From positions 22,125-86,124 of the forward strand of contig JBIJDH010000017.1 in NCBI GenBank assembly GCA_044344255.1: DNA of 64,000 nt, in the 5' to 3' direction. The position numbers and the translations under genes were made by a program. Position 1 is the first letter of the stretch; every line of letters begins with the position of its first letter. Origin of the DNA: Myxococcota bacterium (GTDB taxonomy: Bacteria; Myxococcota_A; UBA796; UBA2385). Below are positions 18,644 to 29,875 of this stretch, piece by piece. Below the pieces are notes generated by a model. It was not told the DNA's origin and did no database searches. It saw nothing but the letters and a program-made list of their open reading frames with translations.

Positions 18644-21094
18644 TCAGCGGATCCAGACCCGCCCGCGCCCGCCGTCGACGGTCACGGTCTGCCCGTCGCT
18701 CAGCAGGCGGGTGGCGCCGGAGACGTTGACCACCGCGGGGCGCCCATACTCCCGGGCGACCACGGCGCCGTGGCTCAACATGCCGCCGAGCTCCATCACG
18801 AGGCCCCCCGCGACCAGGAAGAGCGGGGTCCAGCCGGGATCGGTGGCCCGGGTGACGAGGATCTCACCGGGCTTGAGCGAGGCGGCCTCGGAGGGGGAGC
18901 GGATCACGCGCACGGTGCCCGTGACCACGCCGGCCGACACCCCCATCCCCGTGAGGCCGGCCTCGTGGGGGGCCTCGGCGACGGCCTCATCGCCGACGAG
19001 GAAGTCAGGAGGCTCGTCTCCACGCTGCCGGCGGGCCTCCTCCTCCTGGTGCGCGGCCTCTCGTCGCTCGATGAGCTCGAGGGCGCGCCCGCGGCTGAGA
19101 TCGTCGTCGAGCAGGGCCTCCGCCTCGCGGAGCTCGAGGAATCGCAGGCGGAGGCCGGCCGCGGCCTCGAGGTGGAGCCAGGCCTCCTTCCAGCGCCAGA
19201 GGATGCGGTCGAAGTGGGCGCGCTGGTCTTCCCGGAGCTGGAGGTAGCGTCGGGTGAGGCGCACGACCCTGCGGGCGAGGGGCCCGAGCGCGTCGAGGGC
19301 AGCCTCCCCGTGGTCGCCCTCCGTCAGCGGCGGCGCGGAGGCTGCGGCGCGGGCGAGCGCCCAGGCCCGAGCCGGCTCCTCGCTCCAGCGGGGACTAAAG
19401 AGCTCCCACGAGCTGGTCGCCCGGTGGCCGAACTCAGCGGAGAAGGAGTCCCAGTCGAGCTCTCCGCGGCCGAGGCGCCCGAGGGCGGCGTTGGTGCGCG
19501 CGGTCGAGGTGGAGGCCGGCGCCACGAGCAAGGTGGGGATCAGGGCCTCGTGCCCCTCAGCGACGAGCAGGGCGGAGGCCGCCTCGTAGCCGATGTTGGC
19601 GAAGAGCAGGCTGCAGATGTGGACGCCGACGTAGCGCCCCGCGAGATCCCGGCACCCTTGGATGCGGGCCCGCGCCTCGGCCACACTGTGGAGGGGCGTC
19701 GAGAGCGGGCCGAGCGCCGGCCCCAGCCCGCGCTCGAACTCCTCCCAGGCCCGCCAATTCGTGAGCGGATTCCAACGGAAGCGCCGCCAGCGCGCCTCGG
19801 CGAAGGTCTCGCTCAGGATCGAGCGGTAGACCGCCAGATCGGGGAGCTCGGCCCGGCGCCGCATCCAGCTCGACTCCTCCACCGGCGGGAGGAGCTCCAC
19901 CATGAAGCGGGGCGGGGCGGCGCCCGGCGCCTTGAAGGCGAGGTGCCGGAACACCGTGACGTTGAAGTAGGGGGCGAAGCGGAAGAGGCGGGCCGGCTCC
20001 TCGCCGCCGAGCAGGCGCCGGCTCGTGATCGGGTAGGCGATGAAGGGCTCGAGCAGCGCCCGAATTTCAGACCAGCCGAGGGGGGTGGCGGGCTCCGTCC
20101 AGCGCTCGCCGATGAAGCGCCGCGTCCAGATCACCCGCCCCGTCGGCCGCACGTCGCGGGCCGTGGTGACCGGGCGGGCCTGGAGCAGGGTGAAACGACC
20201 CGCCTCGTCTTGGGCCCACTCGATGTCTTGGGGTCCGCCGAGGGCCGACTCCACCTTCAGCCCGAGCCGGCAGAGGGCGAGGAGGTCCGCCTCGTTGAGC
20301 TTACGGGACACGCGTCGGGCGGCGGGGACGGCTCTCTCGACCTGTCCGCCGCCGGGCGAGCCGATCGGCGCGGGGTGGGCGGCGGTCTCCTGGCGGGCCA
20401 CCGACACCTCGGCCACCCGCAGCCGGACGCGGGCCAGCACCCGCTGGAGCGGCCCCGGCGCCCGCCTCGGGCGGCTCACCTTGTAGAAGTCGGGCTGGAT
20501 CCGCCCGCCCACCACGGCCTCGCCGAGGCCCCAGGCCGCCTCCACGGTCATCTCGCGCCAGGAGCCCGAGTGGGGGTTGATCGTGAAGAGGACGCCGGCG
20601 CAGCGGGGATCGACGAGGGTCTGCACCAAGACGGCCATCTCGGGGAGGGCGGCCGAAGCTCGGTAGGCGCGGGCGGTGGCCGAGAAGGCGCTGGCCCAAA
20701 CCTGGAGGATCGCGCGCTCCAAGGGCTCCCCGGCAGTCACCCCGATCACGCTCTCATACTGTCCGGCGAAGCTCGACTCGCCGCCGTCTTCGTCCGCCGC
20801 GGAGCTGCGGACGGCGAGCAGGGGCCCGAGGTCGCGGACGGCCCGCTGCACCGACGCCGAGAGGCGAGAAGGGAAGCGGGAGGCGCGGAGCTCGGCCCCG
20901 AGGGAGGGGTCGGCCGCCTGCGCCCGGTGTGACCAGCCGCGATCGAGCAGGAAGGCCTGGAAGAGCTCGACTGGCAGCACCACGGCGGCGGGAACCGGCG
21001 CGCCTGCCGCGAAGAGGCGGTGCAGGCCCCAGGCCTTCCCGCCCACGCGCGCGCGGTCTTCCGGTCTGAGGTCTTCGACGCGCGGCATCCGCAT
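18644..21094 (-). CDS. PEP-utilizing phosphotransferase (PPDK_N ATP-grasp, central domain, C-terminal His swivel; rifamycin-phosphotransferase-like architecture)
   Basis: VGGKA, AVRSSAADED..SFAGQY, AGVLFTINP, GLGEAVV, QDIEWA, LQARPVT, TDPGWTPLF, GGMLSHGAVVAREYG. Confidence 0.85.
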   Translation of the reverse strand: MRMPRVEDLRPEDRARVGGKAWGLHRLFAAGAPVPAAVVLPVELFQAFLLDRGWSHRAQAADPSLGAELRASRFPSRLSASVQRAVRDLGPLLAVRSSAADEDGGESSFAGQYESVIGVTAGEPLERAILQVWASAFSATARAYRASAALPEMAVLVQTLVDPRCAGVLFTINPHSGSWREMTVEAAWGLGEAVVGGRIQPDFYKVSRPRRAPGPLQRVLARVRLRVAEVSVARQETAAHPAPIGSPGGGQVERAVPAARRVSRKLNEADLLALCRLGLKVESALGGPQDIEWAQDEAGRFTLLQARPVTTARDVRPTGRVIWTRRFIGERWTEPATPLGWSEIRALLEPFIAYPITSRRLLGGEEPARLFRFAPYFNVTVFRHLAFKAPGAAPPRFMVELLPPVEESSWMRRRAELPDLAVYRSILSETFAEARWRRFRWNPLTNWRAWEEFERGLGPALGPLSTPLHSVAEARARIQGCRDLAGRYVGVHICSLLFANIGYEAASALLVAEGHEALIPTLLVAPASTSTARTNAALGRLGRGELDWDSFSAEFGHRATSSWELFSPRWSEEPARAWALARAAASAPPLTEGDHGEAALDALGPLARRVVRLTRRYLQLREDQRAHFDRILWRWKEAWLHLEAAAGLRLRFLELREAEALLDDDLSRGRALELIERREAAHQEEEARRQRGDEPPDFLVGDEAVAEAPHEAGLTGMGVSAGVVTGTVRVIRSPSEAASLKPGEILVTRATDPGWTPLFLVAGGLVMELGGMLSHGAVVAREYGRPAVVNVSGATRLLSDGQTVTVDGGRGRVWIR

Positions 21095-21203
21095 CGCCCC
21101 CCCGTAATCCGGTGGCCCCCCCGGCACGGGGCGCTCTCCCGTCGGCCGCGGGCGCGGGGGCCCCCGTCGGGGTTAGGCCTGCCCATCCGCGATCGGAGCG
21201 CCC

Positions 21204-22832
<1,629 letters not shown>

Positions 22833-22857
22833 GCGTGCCGCCGGCGACCGGTTCACC

Positions 22858-22891
22858 TTGACACCTGTAGGCGCGTCGTTAAGGATAGGCT
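22858..22891 (+). promoter_or_regulatory. sigma-70-type promoter candidate
   Basis: Perfect TTGACA at 22858-22863. The -10 is uncertain (TAAGGA at 16-nt spacing, or TAGGCT further downstream). Confidence 0.5.
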
Positions 22892-23068
22892 CCTGGAAGG
22901 GTTGAAGAGCAATCGCTCCTGCCCTCAGGCCCTCTCCGCATTTCGGCTCTCCCCTGCCCTCAGCTCCCGACCCTCAGAATTCTGAGACGGGCCCCTGAAC
23001 CGGGTGCCAGAACGGCGGATGGCCTGGGAACGTCAAACGGCGTTCGAACGGCACAACCACCAGGCGTC
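22888..23068 (+). ncRNA. ssrS: 6S RNA candidate (long irregular hairpin with central bubble)
   Basis: About 180 nt. Nested pairings CCTGG/CCAGG, GGTTG/CAACC, CTCAGGCC/GGCCTGGG, TCCGC/GCGGA, CCCG/CGGG and apical CTCAGAATTCTGAG. Follows TTGACA. Folded by eye, not by covariance model. Confidence 0.6.
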
Positions 23069-23327
23069 GCGACCTCGTCCCTCTCGGGCGTCCCCGAATC
23101 GGACTGGCTTGTTTGGATAGGTCGCGTGGGTCCGCCTCGTGCGGCCTCGCCGCGCGCGCGGCCCCGGTTGCCCCGCCCTCCCTCCCGGCGTCGATGACGA
23201 CCGTGATGGGGCGTGTCTCCTGGCGGAGCCCCACCTGCGCATTGTTCGATTTCACCCACGATGGCTCCACCCCGGAGGCCCCCGATGCCCGATGCAAGAC
23301 CGCCGACCCCAGCGCGGCTGATGTCCG

Positions 23328-25019
23328 ATGCATATACGGCCTGAAAACCCGATGATCGTCCAGGGGGACGGAAAGGTCCTCCTGGAGACCCGTCACCCTC
23401 GGTACGAAGAGGCGCGTGACTTCCTCGGCCGCTTCGCAGAGCTCGAGGCCTCCCCCGAGCTCCTGCACACGTACCGGATCGGTCCCCTCTCCCTGTGGAA
23501 CGCCGCCTCAGCCGGCATGACCCTCGAAGAGATCACCGATGGGCTCCGGACCTGGTCGAAGTTCGACGTCCCTGCGGAGGTGATCACCACCACCAAGGAG
23601 ACGCTCGAGCGTTACGGCCTCGTCAAGCTGATCCCCCACCCCGAGCAGCCCGGCAAGCTGCTGCGGCTCATCTTCACCACGGGCTACATCGCCAAGCTGG
23701 TCGCCAAGGAGCCCATGCTGCGAGAGCTGCTCGTCGAAGACGGGCGGCGCCACTGGGCGATCCAGGGCGGGCACCGAGGGATCTTCAAGCAGCGCGCGCT
23801 CCAGGCAGGCTGGCCCGTCGAAGACCTCGCCGGCTTCATCCCCGGCGAGCCGCTGCCCTTGGCCCTCCGCACCACCACGGTCAGCGGCCGTCCCTTCATC
23901 GTCCGGCCCTATCAGGCGGAGGCCGCCCGACGCTGGTGGCACGAGGGCAAGCCCTCGGGCGGCTGCGGCGTGGTCGTGCTCGCTTGCGGCGCCGGCAAGA
24001 CGATCGTGGCGATGGCGGCGATGAACCTCGCCCAGACCAAGACCCTCATCCTCGCGACCAACCAGGCCGCGGTGAGCCAGTGGAAGCGGGAGCTGCTCGA
24101 CAAGACCACGCTCACGGAAGACGAGGTGGGCATGTACACGGGCGACACCAAGGTGATCCGCCCGGTGACCGTGGCCACCTACCAGATCCTCACGTGGCGC
24201 CGCCAGAAGGATGAGGCGTTCGAGCACCTTCACCTCTTCGAGGACGAAGACTGGGGGCTGATCATCTACGATGAGGTCCACCTGCTCCCGGCCCCGGTCT
24301 TCGGCGCGACGGCCACGTTGCAGGGCCGCCGGCGGCTTGGCCTCACCGCGACCCTCGTCCGCGAAGATGGCCGCGAGGGCGACGTCTTCGCGCTGGTCGG
24401 CCCCAAGCGATATGACCTCCCCTGGCAGGTGCTGCAGCAAGCCGGCTTCATCGCCGACACCCGCTGCTACGAGGTGCGCGTCCCCTTCCGGCCCCTCGAC
24501 GCCGGGCGCTACGAGCGGGCCGAGGAGAACGAGAAGTTCCGCATGGCCAGCGCGAACCCGGTCAAGATGGACATCATCCGCGAGCTGCTCCTCAAGCACC
24601 GCGAGGACAATGTGCTGATCATCGGCACCTACCTCGACCAGCTCGAAGAGATCGCGAAGCGATTCAAGGCCGCGCTCATCACCGGCTCCACACACCACGC
24701 CGAGCGAGAGCGGCTCTTCGCCGCCTTCCGATCTGGGAAGCTCAAGCTGCTCGTGGTGAGCAAAGTGGCGAACTTCTCGATCGACCTCCCCGACGCCAAC
24801 GTGGCCATTCAGGTGTCGGGCACCTTCGGCAGCCGTCAGGAAGAGGCCCAGCGGCTCGGCCGCATCCTCCGCCCCAAGGCCAAGCCCGCCATCTTCTACA
24901 CGGTGGTGACGGGCGCGACGAAGGAGCAGGAATTCGCCATGAAGCGGCAGCTCTTCCTCACGGAGCAGGGCTACCGCTACCACATCGACGACCGCGCCGC
25001 GATGAAGGCGAGCGCATAG
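23328..25019 (+). CDS. XPB/Ssl2/Rad25-like DNA repair helicase
   Basis: N-terminal NPMIVQGDGKVLLE...FAELEASPELLHTYRIGPLSLWNAA, RPYQ, LACGAGKT, DEVH, LGLTATLVREDG, SKVANFSIDLPDA, EEAQRLGRILRPK. Confidence 0.92.
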   Translation: MHIRPENPMIVQGDGKVLLETRHPRYEEARDFLGRFAELEASPELLHTYRIGPLSLWNAASAGMTLEEITDGLRTWSKFDVPAEVITTTKETLERYGLVKLIPHPEQPGKLLRLIFTTGYIAKLVAKEPMLRELLVEDGRRHWAIQGGHRGIFKQRALQAGWPVEDLAGFIPGEPLPLALRTTTVSGRPFIVRPYQAEAARRWWHEGKPSGGCGVVVLACGAGKTIVAMAAMNLAQTKTLILATNQAAVSQWKRELLDKTTLTEDEVGMYTGDTKVIRPVTVATYQILTWRRQKDEAFEHLHLFEDEDWGLIIYDEVHLLPAPVFGATATLQGRRRLGLTATLVREDGREGDVFALVGPKRYDLPWQVLQQAGFIADTRCYEVRVPFRPLDAGRYERAEENEKFRMASANPVKMDIIRELLLKHREDNVLIIGTYLDQLEEIAKRFKAALITGSTHHAERERLFAAFRSGKLKLLVVSKVANFSIDLPDANVAIQVSGTFGSRQEEAQRLGRILRPKAKPAIFYTVVTGATKEQEFAMKRQLFLTEQGYRYHIDDRAAMKASA

Positions 25020-25065
25020 CTGGCAACCCGCCCCGGGCCTGGCGCCCGGACGAGGACAGGCGACC

Positions 25066-27408
25066 ATGGGTGCAGACGAATTTGAGCAGGGCGGCGAGGG
25101 CGGTGGAGAAGGCGCAGGGCGGCGACGTCGCAGGCGTCGGCGGCGGGGGCGCGGCAATGAGGGCGGCGGCGACCACGCCCCCCACAGCCACCCCGAGCCC
25201 AACAACCGGCGCGGCCCCCCGAGCCGGAACGCCCACCGCGGCGCCGCTTGGGAGGAGGAGAGCCCGCCGGTGAGCCTGCCCCGCTCGGGCCGGATGCCAC
25301 GCCACCGCTCGGCCCTCCACCCGCACCGCGGCTCGGTGGCGAGCGGCCTCGCCCGCCGCCGCCGCATGTCACGCGGGGAGCTCGACGGCCTCGCCGACTA
25401 CATGGCCCAGATGCCCGACGCGCTGGTCGCCGCCCTGTACTCGGGGATGGGCGGACAGCCCGGCCGGGTGGCGGGCGCTGACCGCATGATCCAGCTCGCC
25501 GTCAAGGCCATCGCCCAGGGCAACCGCCTCGGCAGCCTCGTCAAGTCGCTGCACCAGCGCGACCGCCAGGCCCTTGCCGTGCTCGTGCAGTGCGGCGGCA
25601 TCGGTCACCACGAGGAGCTCAAGCAAGAGCTCATCCTCTCTCTCGGTGGCCACGAGCGGGAGTGGAAGAAGGTGCTCTCCACGCTCGGCGATCGCGGTCT
25701 GATCGCCGCGACCGAGGAGCGGGAGGGGGAGTTCTTCTACCTCATCCCCGAACCCCTCATGGACGCGCTGATCGAGCAGCTCCACGAAGACCTCGTGCTG
25801 CCGAGCTTCGAGCACGAGGAGGTCCGGGTCATCGACCCCCGCCCCTTCTGCCCGCCGCTCGACTTCAGTCTCGTCACGCTGGCCACCTACATCGACCAGC
25901 ACCCGCCGCGGCTCACCCAGCGGCACGACATCTTCAAGGTCCACAAAGACGAGATGGACCAGTTCTTCACGCAGCTCTGGACGCCGGACAGCGAGCTGTT
26001 CAGCTTCCACATCCAGTTCTTGATGGTCCACGGCATGGTGGAGCTCAAGGGCGACCGGCTGAGCGTGAACCGCGCCGTGGTGGACGAGTGGCTTCAGCTC
26101 GACGCTGAAGACCAGCGCGACCTCATCTACGCCCAGCTCGAGAAGGTCTTCCCCCAGGCCGAGTGGGTGCTCTGCGCCATCGAAGACGTGGGCGGCGCCT
26201 GGGTCCCCGAGCGGCCGCTGCAGGCCGTCTACCGCCGCTGGCGGCGAGGAGAGGATTGGCGCGAGCGCTTCCACAAGGGCCAGTGGGCGCCCCCCAAGAC
26301 GGCCGCGCGGGAGAGCTACACTTTCGCCGGCCTCATCAACACCGGCATGGTCGAGCTCGGGCAGTGGGGGCAGGAGAAGTTCTACCGCCTCACGCCGAGG
26401 GCCAAGCGCCTGCTCCAGCCGCCGGTAGACGAAGGCTTCACCCAGTTCTACCTGACGCCCAGCTTCGAGATCATGGCGCCCGCCGGCATGGCGCCCATCC
26501 TCTTCTTCCGCATCGGCGAGCTGGCCGAGCTCACCGCCTGCGATCGCGCCAACACCTACAAGGTGACCGAAGTCGCGATCGAGCAGGCGCTGGAGAAGGG
26601 CTGGCGTCGTGACGACGTCATCGAATTCCTCCGGGAGAACAGCCAGATCGGCCTCCCCGAGAACGTCGAGTCCACGCTCCGCGGCTGGATGGGCCACCAC
26701 GGCGACGTCGAATTCCACGACGTCGTGCTCCTCACGGTGCACCGCAGCCAGATCCGCCGCTTGGAGAGCCACCGCAAGCTCAAGCCCTACCTGCTCCACC
26801 GCTTCGTGCCGGGGATGTACGCGGTCGATCGGTCTCGGCTGGCGGAGATCCACGCCGCCCTGCGCGAAGTGGGCTTCAGCCCCGGTAATCAGCTCCGCAA
26901 ATACCCCGATGATCCGCAGCAGGTCGACGCCCGCGAGCGGCTGCTCGAGCTCGTGTCGAACGCCCGGGAGATCCGGGAGGACATCCTTGGGCGCGCCCAC
27001 GCGGCCGACACCCGCCCCGACACCCTCCACCCCATCCCCGGCTCGGGCGCGCACCAGAAGGCCCAGGGCGGCGGCGGGAAGAAGAAGAAGCGGGACGACC
27101 TCCCGCCGCGTCGGAGCCCGCGCGAGGTCAAGGAGATCTGCGAGAAGGCCATCTCCTTGAAGCAGCAGCTCGACATGCTCTACGTGACCCGCGACGACAC
27201 CCGCAAGCTCGTGCGCGTCGCCCCAGAGCGGATCGCGGTCAACCAGCAGGGCCAGCAGGTGCTGGTGGCCACCGATCTCGCCAAGAACGAGCGGCTGTCC
27301 TACCAGCTCATCCAGATAGAGCGGCTCGCCGCCCTCGAAGGGCCCCCGGAGAAGTCCGAGAAGGGGCGGCCTGAGGGGCGTTCGGGCTCGGGCCAGGGGG
27401 GCGGATGA
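25066..27408 (+). CDS. helicase-associated (XPB N-terminal-like, Helicase_C_3) domain protein with C-terminal WYL-like domain
   Basis: LTPSFEIMAP...AELTACDRANTYKVTEVAIEQALEKG...LPENVESTLRGW. C-terminal AISLKQQLDMLY...VAPERI...ERLSYQLIQIERL. Arg-rich N-terminus. Confidence 0.75.
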   Translation: MGADEFEQGGEGGGEGAGRRRRRRRRRGRGNEGGGDHAPHSHPEPNNRRGPPSRNAHRGAAWEEESPPVSLPRSGRMPRHRSALHPHRGSVASGLARRRRMSRGELDGLADYMAQMPDALVAALYSGMGGQPGRVAGADRMIQLAVKAIAQGNRLGSLVKSLHQRDRQALAVLVQCGGIGHHEELKQELILSLGGHEREWKKVLSTLGDRGLIAATEEREGEFFYLIPEPLMDALIEQLHEDLVLPSFEHEEVRVIDPRPFCPPLDFSLVTLATYIDQHPPRLTQRHDIFKVHKDEMDQFFTQLWTPDSELFSFHIQFLMVHGMVELKGDRLSVNRAVVDEWLQLDAEDQRDLIYAQLEKVFPQAEWVLCAIEDVGGAWVPERPLQAVYRRWRRGEDWRERFHKGQWAPPKTAARESYTFAGLINTGMVELGQWGQEKFYRLTPRAKRLLQPPVDEGFTQFYLTPSFEIMAPAGMAPILFFRIGELAELTACDRANTYKVTEVAIEQALEKGWRRDDVIEFLRENSQIGLPENVESTLRGWMGHHGDVEFHDVVLLTVHRSQIRRLESHRKLKPYLLHRFVPGMYAVDRSRLAEIHAALREVGFSPGNQLRKYPDDPQQVDARERLLELVSNAREIREDILGRAHAADTRPDTLHPIPGSGAHQKAQGGGGKKKKRDDLPPRRSPREVKEICEKAISLKQQLDMLYVTRDDTRKLVRVAPERIAVNQQGQQVLVATDLAKNERLSYQLIQIERLAALEGPPEKSEKGRPEGRSGSGQGGG

Positions 27409-27653
27409 CGATGGGAGCCGAGATGACACGCAACCGCAGCTTCGAGGCGGCCCTCGCCGAGCTCGAGGATCGGGTCCGCAAGCTGGACGCTGGCGATCTC
27501 CCTCTTGAGGAGGCGCTCCGCCTCTTCGAGGAGGGAGTGGCTCTGCAGCAGGAGTGCCAAGACCTGCTGGAGGCGACCGAGCAGCGGATCTTGGAGCTCG
27601 TGGACGGGCCCGGCGGCCCCACCGAGCGCGACCACAGCGGTGGGCGAGGTTGA
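27405..27653 (+). CDS. xseB: exodeoxyribonuclease VII small subunit
   Basis: SFEAALAELEDRVRKLDAGDLPLEEALRLFEEGVAL...LEATEQRI. The start may be ATG 27423. Confidence 0.9.
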   Translation: MTMGAEMTRNRSFEAALAELEDRVRKLDAGDLPLEEALRLFEEGVALQQECQDLLEATEQRILELVDGPGGPTERDHSGGRG

Positions 27654-27805
27654 TTCTTCGCGGATCGCGTCAAGGTGGTGCAAGCGACGGCACCGCCGAC
27701 CGTCTGTCAGTTACTATCCGCGGCGGCGCCGGATGTCCGTGACCCTGCGGTTCAGGCCTCGGGCGTAGCCCCCCGAGGGGACCCTCCCAAGAGGAGCAGA
27801 ATTCG

Positions 27806-28561
27806 ATGTTCGACACGGTCGGACGAACCAAGAAGCAGGACCCTGTGCGTCAGGCGAGCGCGGCTGTCATGTCGCTCTTGCTGTACGCCGGTGGGATCGG
27901 CGCCGCGGTGGGCCTCTACATGGCGGGCAAGACCGTCGTGGACGTGGTCACCGAGGGCGACAAGCCCATCGAGGTCTTCGTCGACTCGGCGCCCCCCCCG
28001 CCACCCCCCCCGCCCCCGCCCGCAGGCGGGAGCAAGCCCAAGACCGAGAAGAAGAAGCCCGATGAGGTCAAGCCCGACCCGGTCCAGGTCGAGCCCGATC
28101 CTACCCCGCTCTCGGTCGAGACCCCTCCCGAGGAGGAGGTCGCCTCGGCGGACGGTGGGGTCGAGGGCGGAGTGGAGGGCGGCGTCGAAGGCGGCGTGGT
28201 CGGCGGTGTCGTCGGCGGTGTGGTCGGCGGCGTGATCGGCGGCCAGCTCGGCGGCACGGGCACCGCCATCCGCTCGGTGCACTGGTCGCAGGTCAAGGTC
28301 AAGAAGCAGGTGCGCCCCGAGTTCCCCGAGGCGGCGAAGTCCCTCGGCATGACCGGCGAGCAGCGCTGCATCGCCCACTTCACGATCGACGCCAAGGGCG
28401 AGCCGAAGGAGGTGCAGATCAAGAACTGCCCCGAGGTCTTCGAGAAGCCCGTCCGCGAAGCCGCGCTGCAGTGGCGGTTCTTCCCCGCGAAGGACGAATC
28501 GACCGGCAAGGCCTTTGAGCAGCAATTCGACCTCGCGATCACCTTCAAGCTCAAGGGCTGA
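27806..28561 (+). CDS. tonB: energy transducer TonB
   Basis: N-terminal TM, poly-Pro, GGVEGGV repeats, C-terminal PEFPEAAK..G...FTIDAKG...AALQWRFFP. GAGGAG RBS. Confidence 0.85.
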   Translation: MFDTVGRTKKQDPVRQASAAVMSLLLYAGGIGAAVGLYMAGKTVVDVVTEGDKPIEVFVDSAPPPPPPPPPPAGGSKPKTEKKKPDEVKPDPVQVEPDPTPLSVETPPEEEVASADGGVEGGVEGGVEGGVVGGVVGGVVGGVIGGQLGGTGTAIRSVHWSQVKVKKQVRPEFPEAAKSLGMTGEQRCIAHFTIDAKGEPKEVQIKNCPEVFEKPVREAALQWRFFPAKDESTGKAFEQQFDLAITFKLKG

Positions 28562-28606
28562 CAAGCTCAAGGGCTGACAAGCTCACGGACTGACAAGCTC
28601 ACGGAC
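28547..28606 (+). repeat. 16-bp tandem repeat (~3.8 copies) spanning the tonB stop codon
   Basis: aagctcaagggctgac x2, then aagctcacggactgac, then aagctcacggac. Confidence 0.85.
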
Positions 28607-28720
28607 CGCGCGCGCCGGCCTGCCGGTTGAGCCCCGCCCCCTGAACCCCGCCTTCGGACCGAACCACCCCGAACCGCCATACATCGCCCGCCGAACTCGG
28701 AGTCGGCCGCAGAGGAGACC

Positions 28721-29404
28721 ATGGAGCTCAGCTTCTCACATGTCATTTCGCAGATCAGCGTGCCGGTCTGGTGCGTCATCGTCACCCTCGCGGTGATGGT
28801 GCTGTGGTCACTCTATGTGCTGGTGGAGCGGATCCTCGCCCTGAGCAAGGCCGGCAAGCAGTCGCGCGCGCTGGCCGAGGCCATCGGGAAGCCCCTCGCC
28901 GCCGGTGACGCAGCAGGCGCCCTCGCCATCGCCAAGAAGGCTGAGTTCGAGGCGAGCTACCTCGGGCACATGCTCATCGCCGGCCTCACCGAGTTCGTAG
29001 GGCGCCCCGACCGCCACGGCATCGACTCCGTCGGCCGCGCCCTCGAGCGCACCTCGATCAACGAGGGCCAGGATCTGCGGCGCGGCATCGCGATCCTCGC
29101 CACCACCGGCTCCACCGCCCCCTTCGTTGGTCTCGTCGGCACCATCTTCGGCATCATCAACGCCTTCGGCGGCATGGCCGAAACAGGCGGAGGCGGTATC
29201 GCGGGCGTGTCGGCGGGCATCGCCGAGGCTCTCGTGACGACGGCCATCGGCATCGTGATCGCGATCATCGGCGTCTGGTGCTACAACTTCTTCAACGGCT
29301 GGATCGAGCGCATCACGAACGACATGACCGTCTCTTCCCAGGAGCTGATCGACTGGGCCGAGAAGCAGGTCTTGCCGCCTTTCGACGCCTCCGCGAAGCA
29401 CTAA
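28721..29404 (+). CDS. exbB: MotA/TolQ/ExbB proton channel
   Basis: LATTGSTAPFVGLVGTIFGIINAF, GIAEALVTTAIGI. Confidence 0.9.
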   Translation: MELSFSHVISQISVPVWCVIVTLAVMVLWSLYVLVERILALSKAGKQSRALAEAIGKPLAAGDAAGALAIAKKAEFEASYLGHMLIAGLTEFVGRPDRHGIDSVGRALERTSINEGQDLRRGIAILATTGSTAPFVGLVGTIFGIINAFGGMAETGGGGIAGVSAGIAEALVTTAIGIVIAIIGVWCYNFFNGWIERITNDMTVSSQELIDWAEKQVLPPFDASAKH

Positions 29405-29419
29405 TCGGGGTCGACGCCC

Positions 29420-29875
29420 ATGGGCATGCAGGTCGGTGGCAAAAAGGGCGGCCCGATGGCCGACATCAACGTGACCCCGCTGGTCGACGTCGTGCTCGTG
29501 CTGCTCATCATCTTCATGGTGGTCACCCCGATGCTGTCGTCTGGCGTGGACGTCTTCCTGCCCGAGTCAAAGACGGCGGAAGAGGCGGCAGATAACGGGC
29601 ATCACCTCGTGGTGTCGATCAAGCAGGACGAGTCGGTCTACGTCGAGACCACGCGGACCTCCAAGGAGACCCTCATCGAGGATCTCAACGCGGAGTGGAA
29701 GAAGAAGGCCGATCGCGCCCTGCTCATCAAGGGAGATCGACGGTTGACTTGGCGACAGGTCCACGGGGTGCTCTCGGTGGTGCAGGAGAACGGGCTGACC
29801 ACGATGTTGCTGGCGACCGAGGGCAAGAAGGGCGCTGAAGGTGCCGCGGCTCCCGCGGCTGGCGGTGCGCCTTGA
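29420..29875 (+). CDS. exbD: ExbD/TolR biopolymer transporter
   Basis: [28 protein letters not shown]. Confidence 0.9.
   Translation: MGMQVGGKKGGPMADINVTPLVDVVLVLLIIFMVVTPMLSSGVDVFLPESKTAEEAADNGHHLVVSIKQDESVYVETTRTSKETLIEDLNAEWKKKADRALLIKGDRRLTWRQVHGVLSVVQENGLTTMLLATEGKKGAEGAAAPAAGGAP

Noticed and set aside
18644-21094. PEP synthase ppsA or true rifampicin resistance gene
   Set aside because: Lacks the C-terminal pyruvate-binding domain of PpsA. Rifamycin specificity cannot be inferred from motifs.
22888-23068. SRP RNA, tRNA or retron ncRNA
   Set aside because: No SRP domain-IV motif, no cloverleaf, and no reverse transcriptase nearby.
22974-23468. 164-aa minus-strand ORF and other short ORFs in the pruA-XPB gap
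   Set aside because: No recognisable motifs. They overlap the XPB start and the structured RNA candidate.
28154-28245. 12-bp-period repeat in tonB
   Set aside because: Simply encodes the GGVE/GGVV linker common in these TonB proteins.
28547-28606. possible mini-CRISPR
   Set aside because: Units are directly adjacent with no spacers, only 16 bp long, and no cas genes are present.
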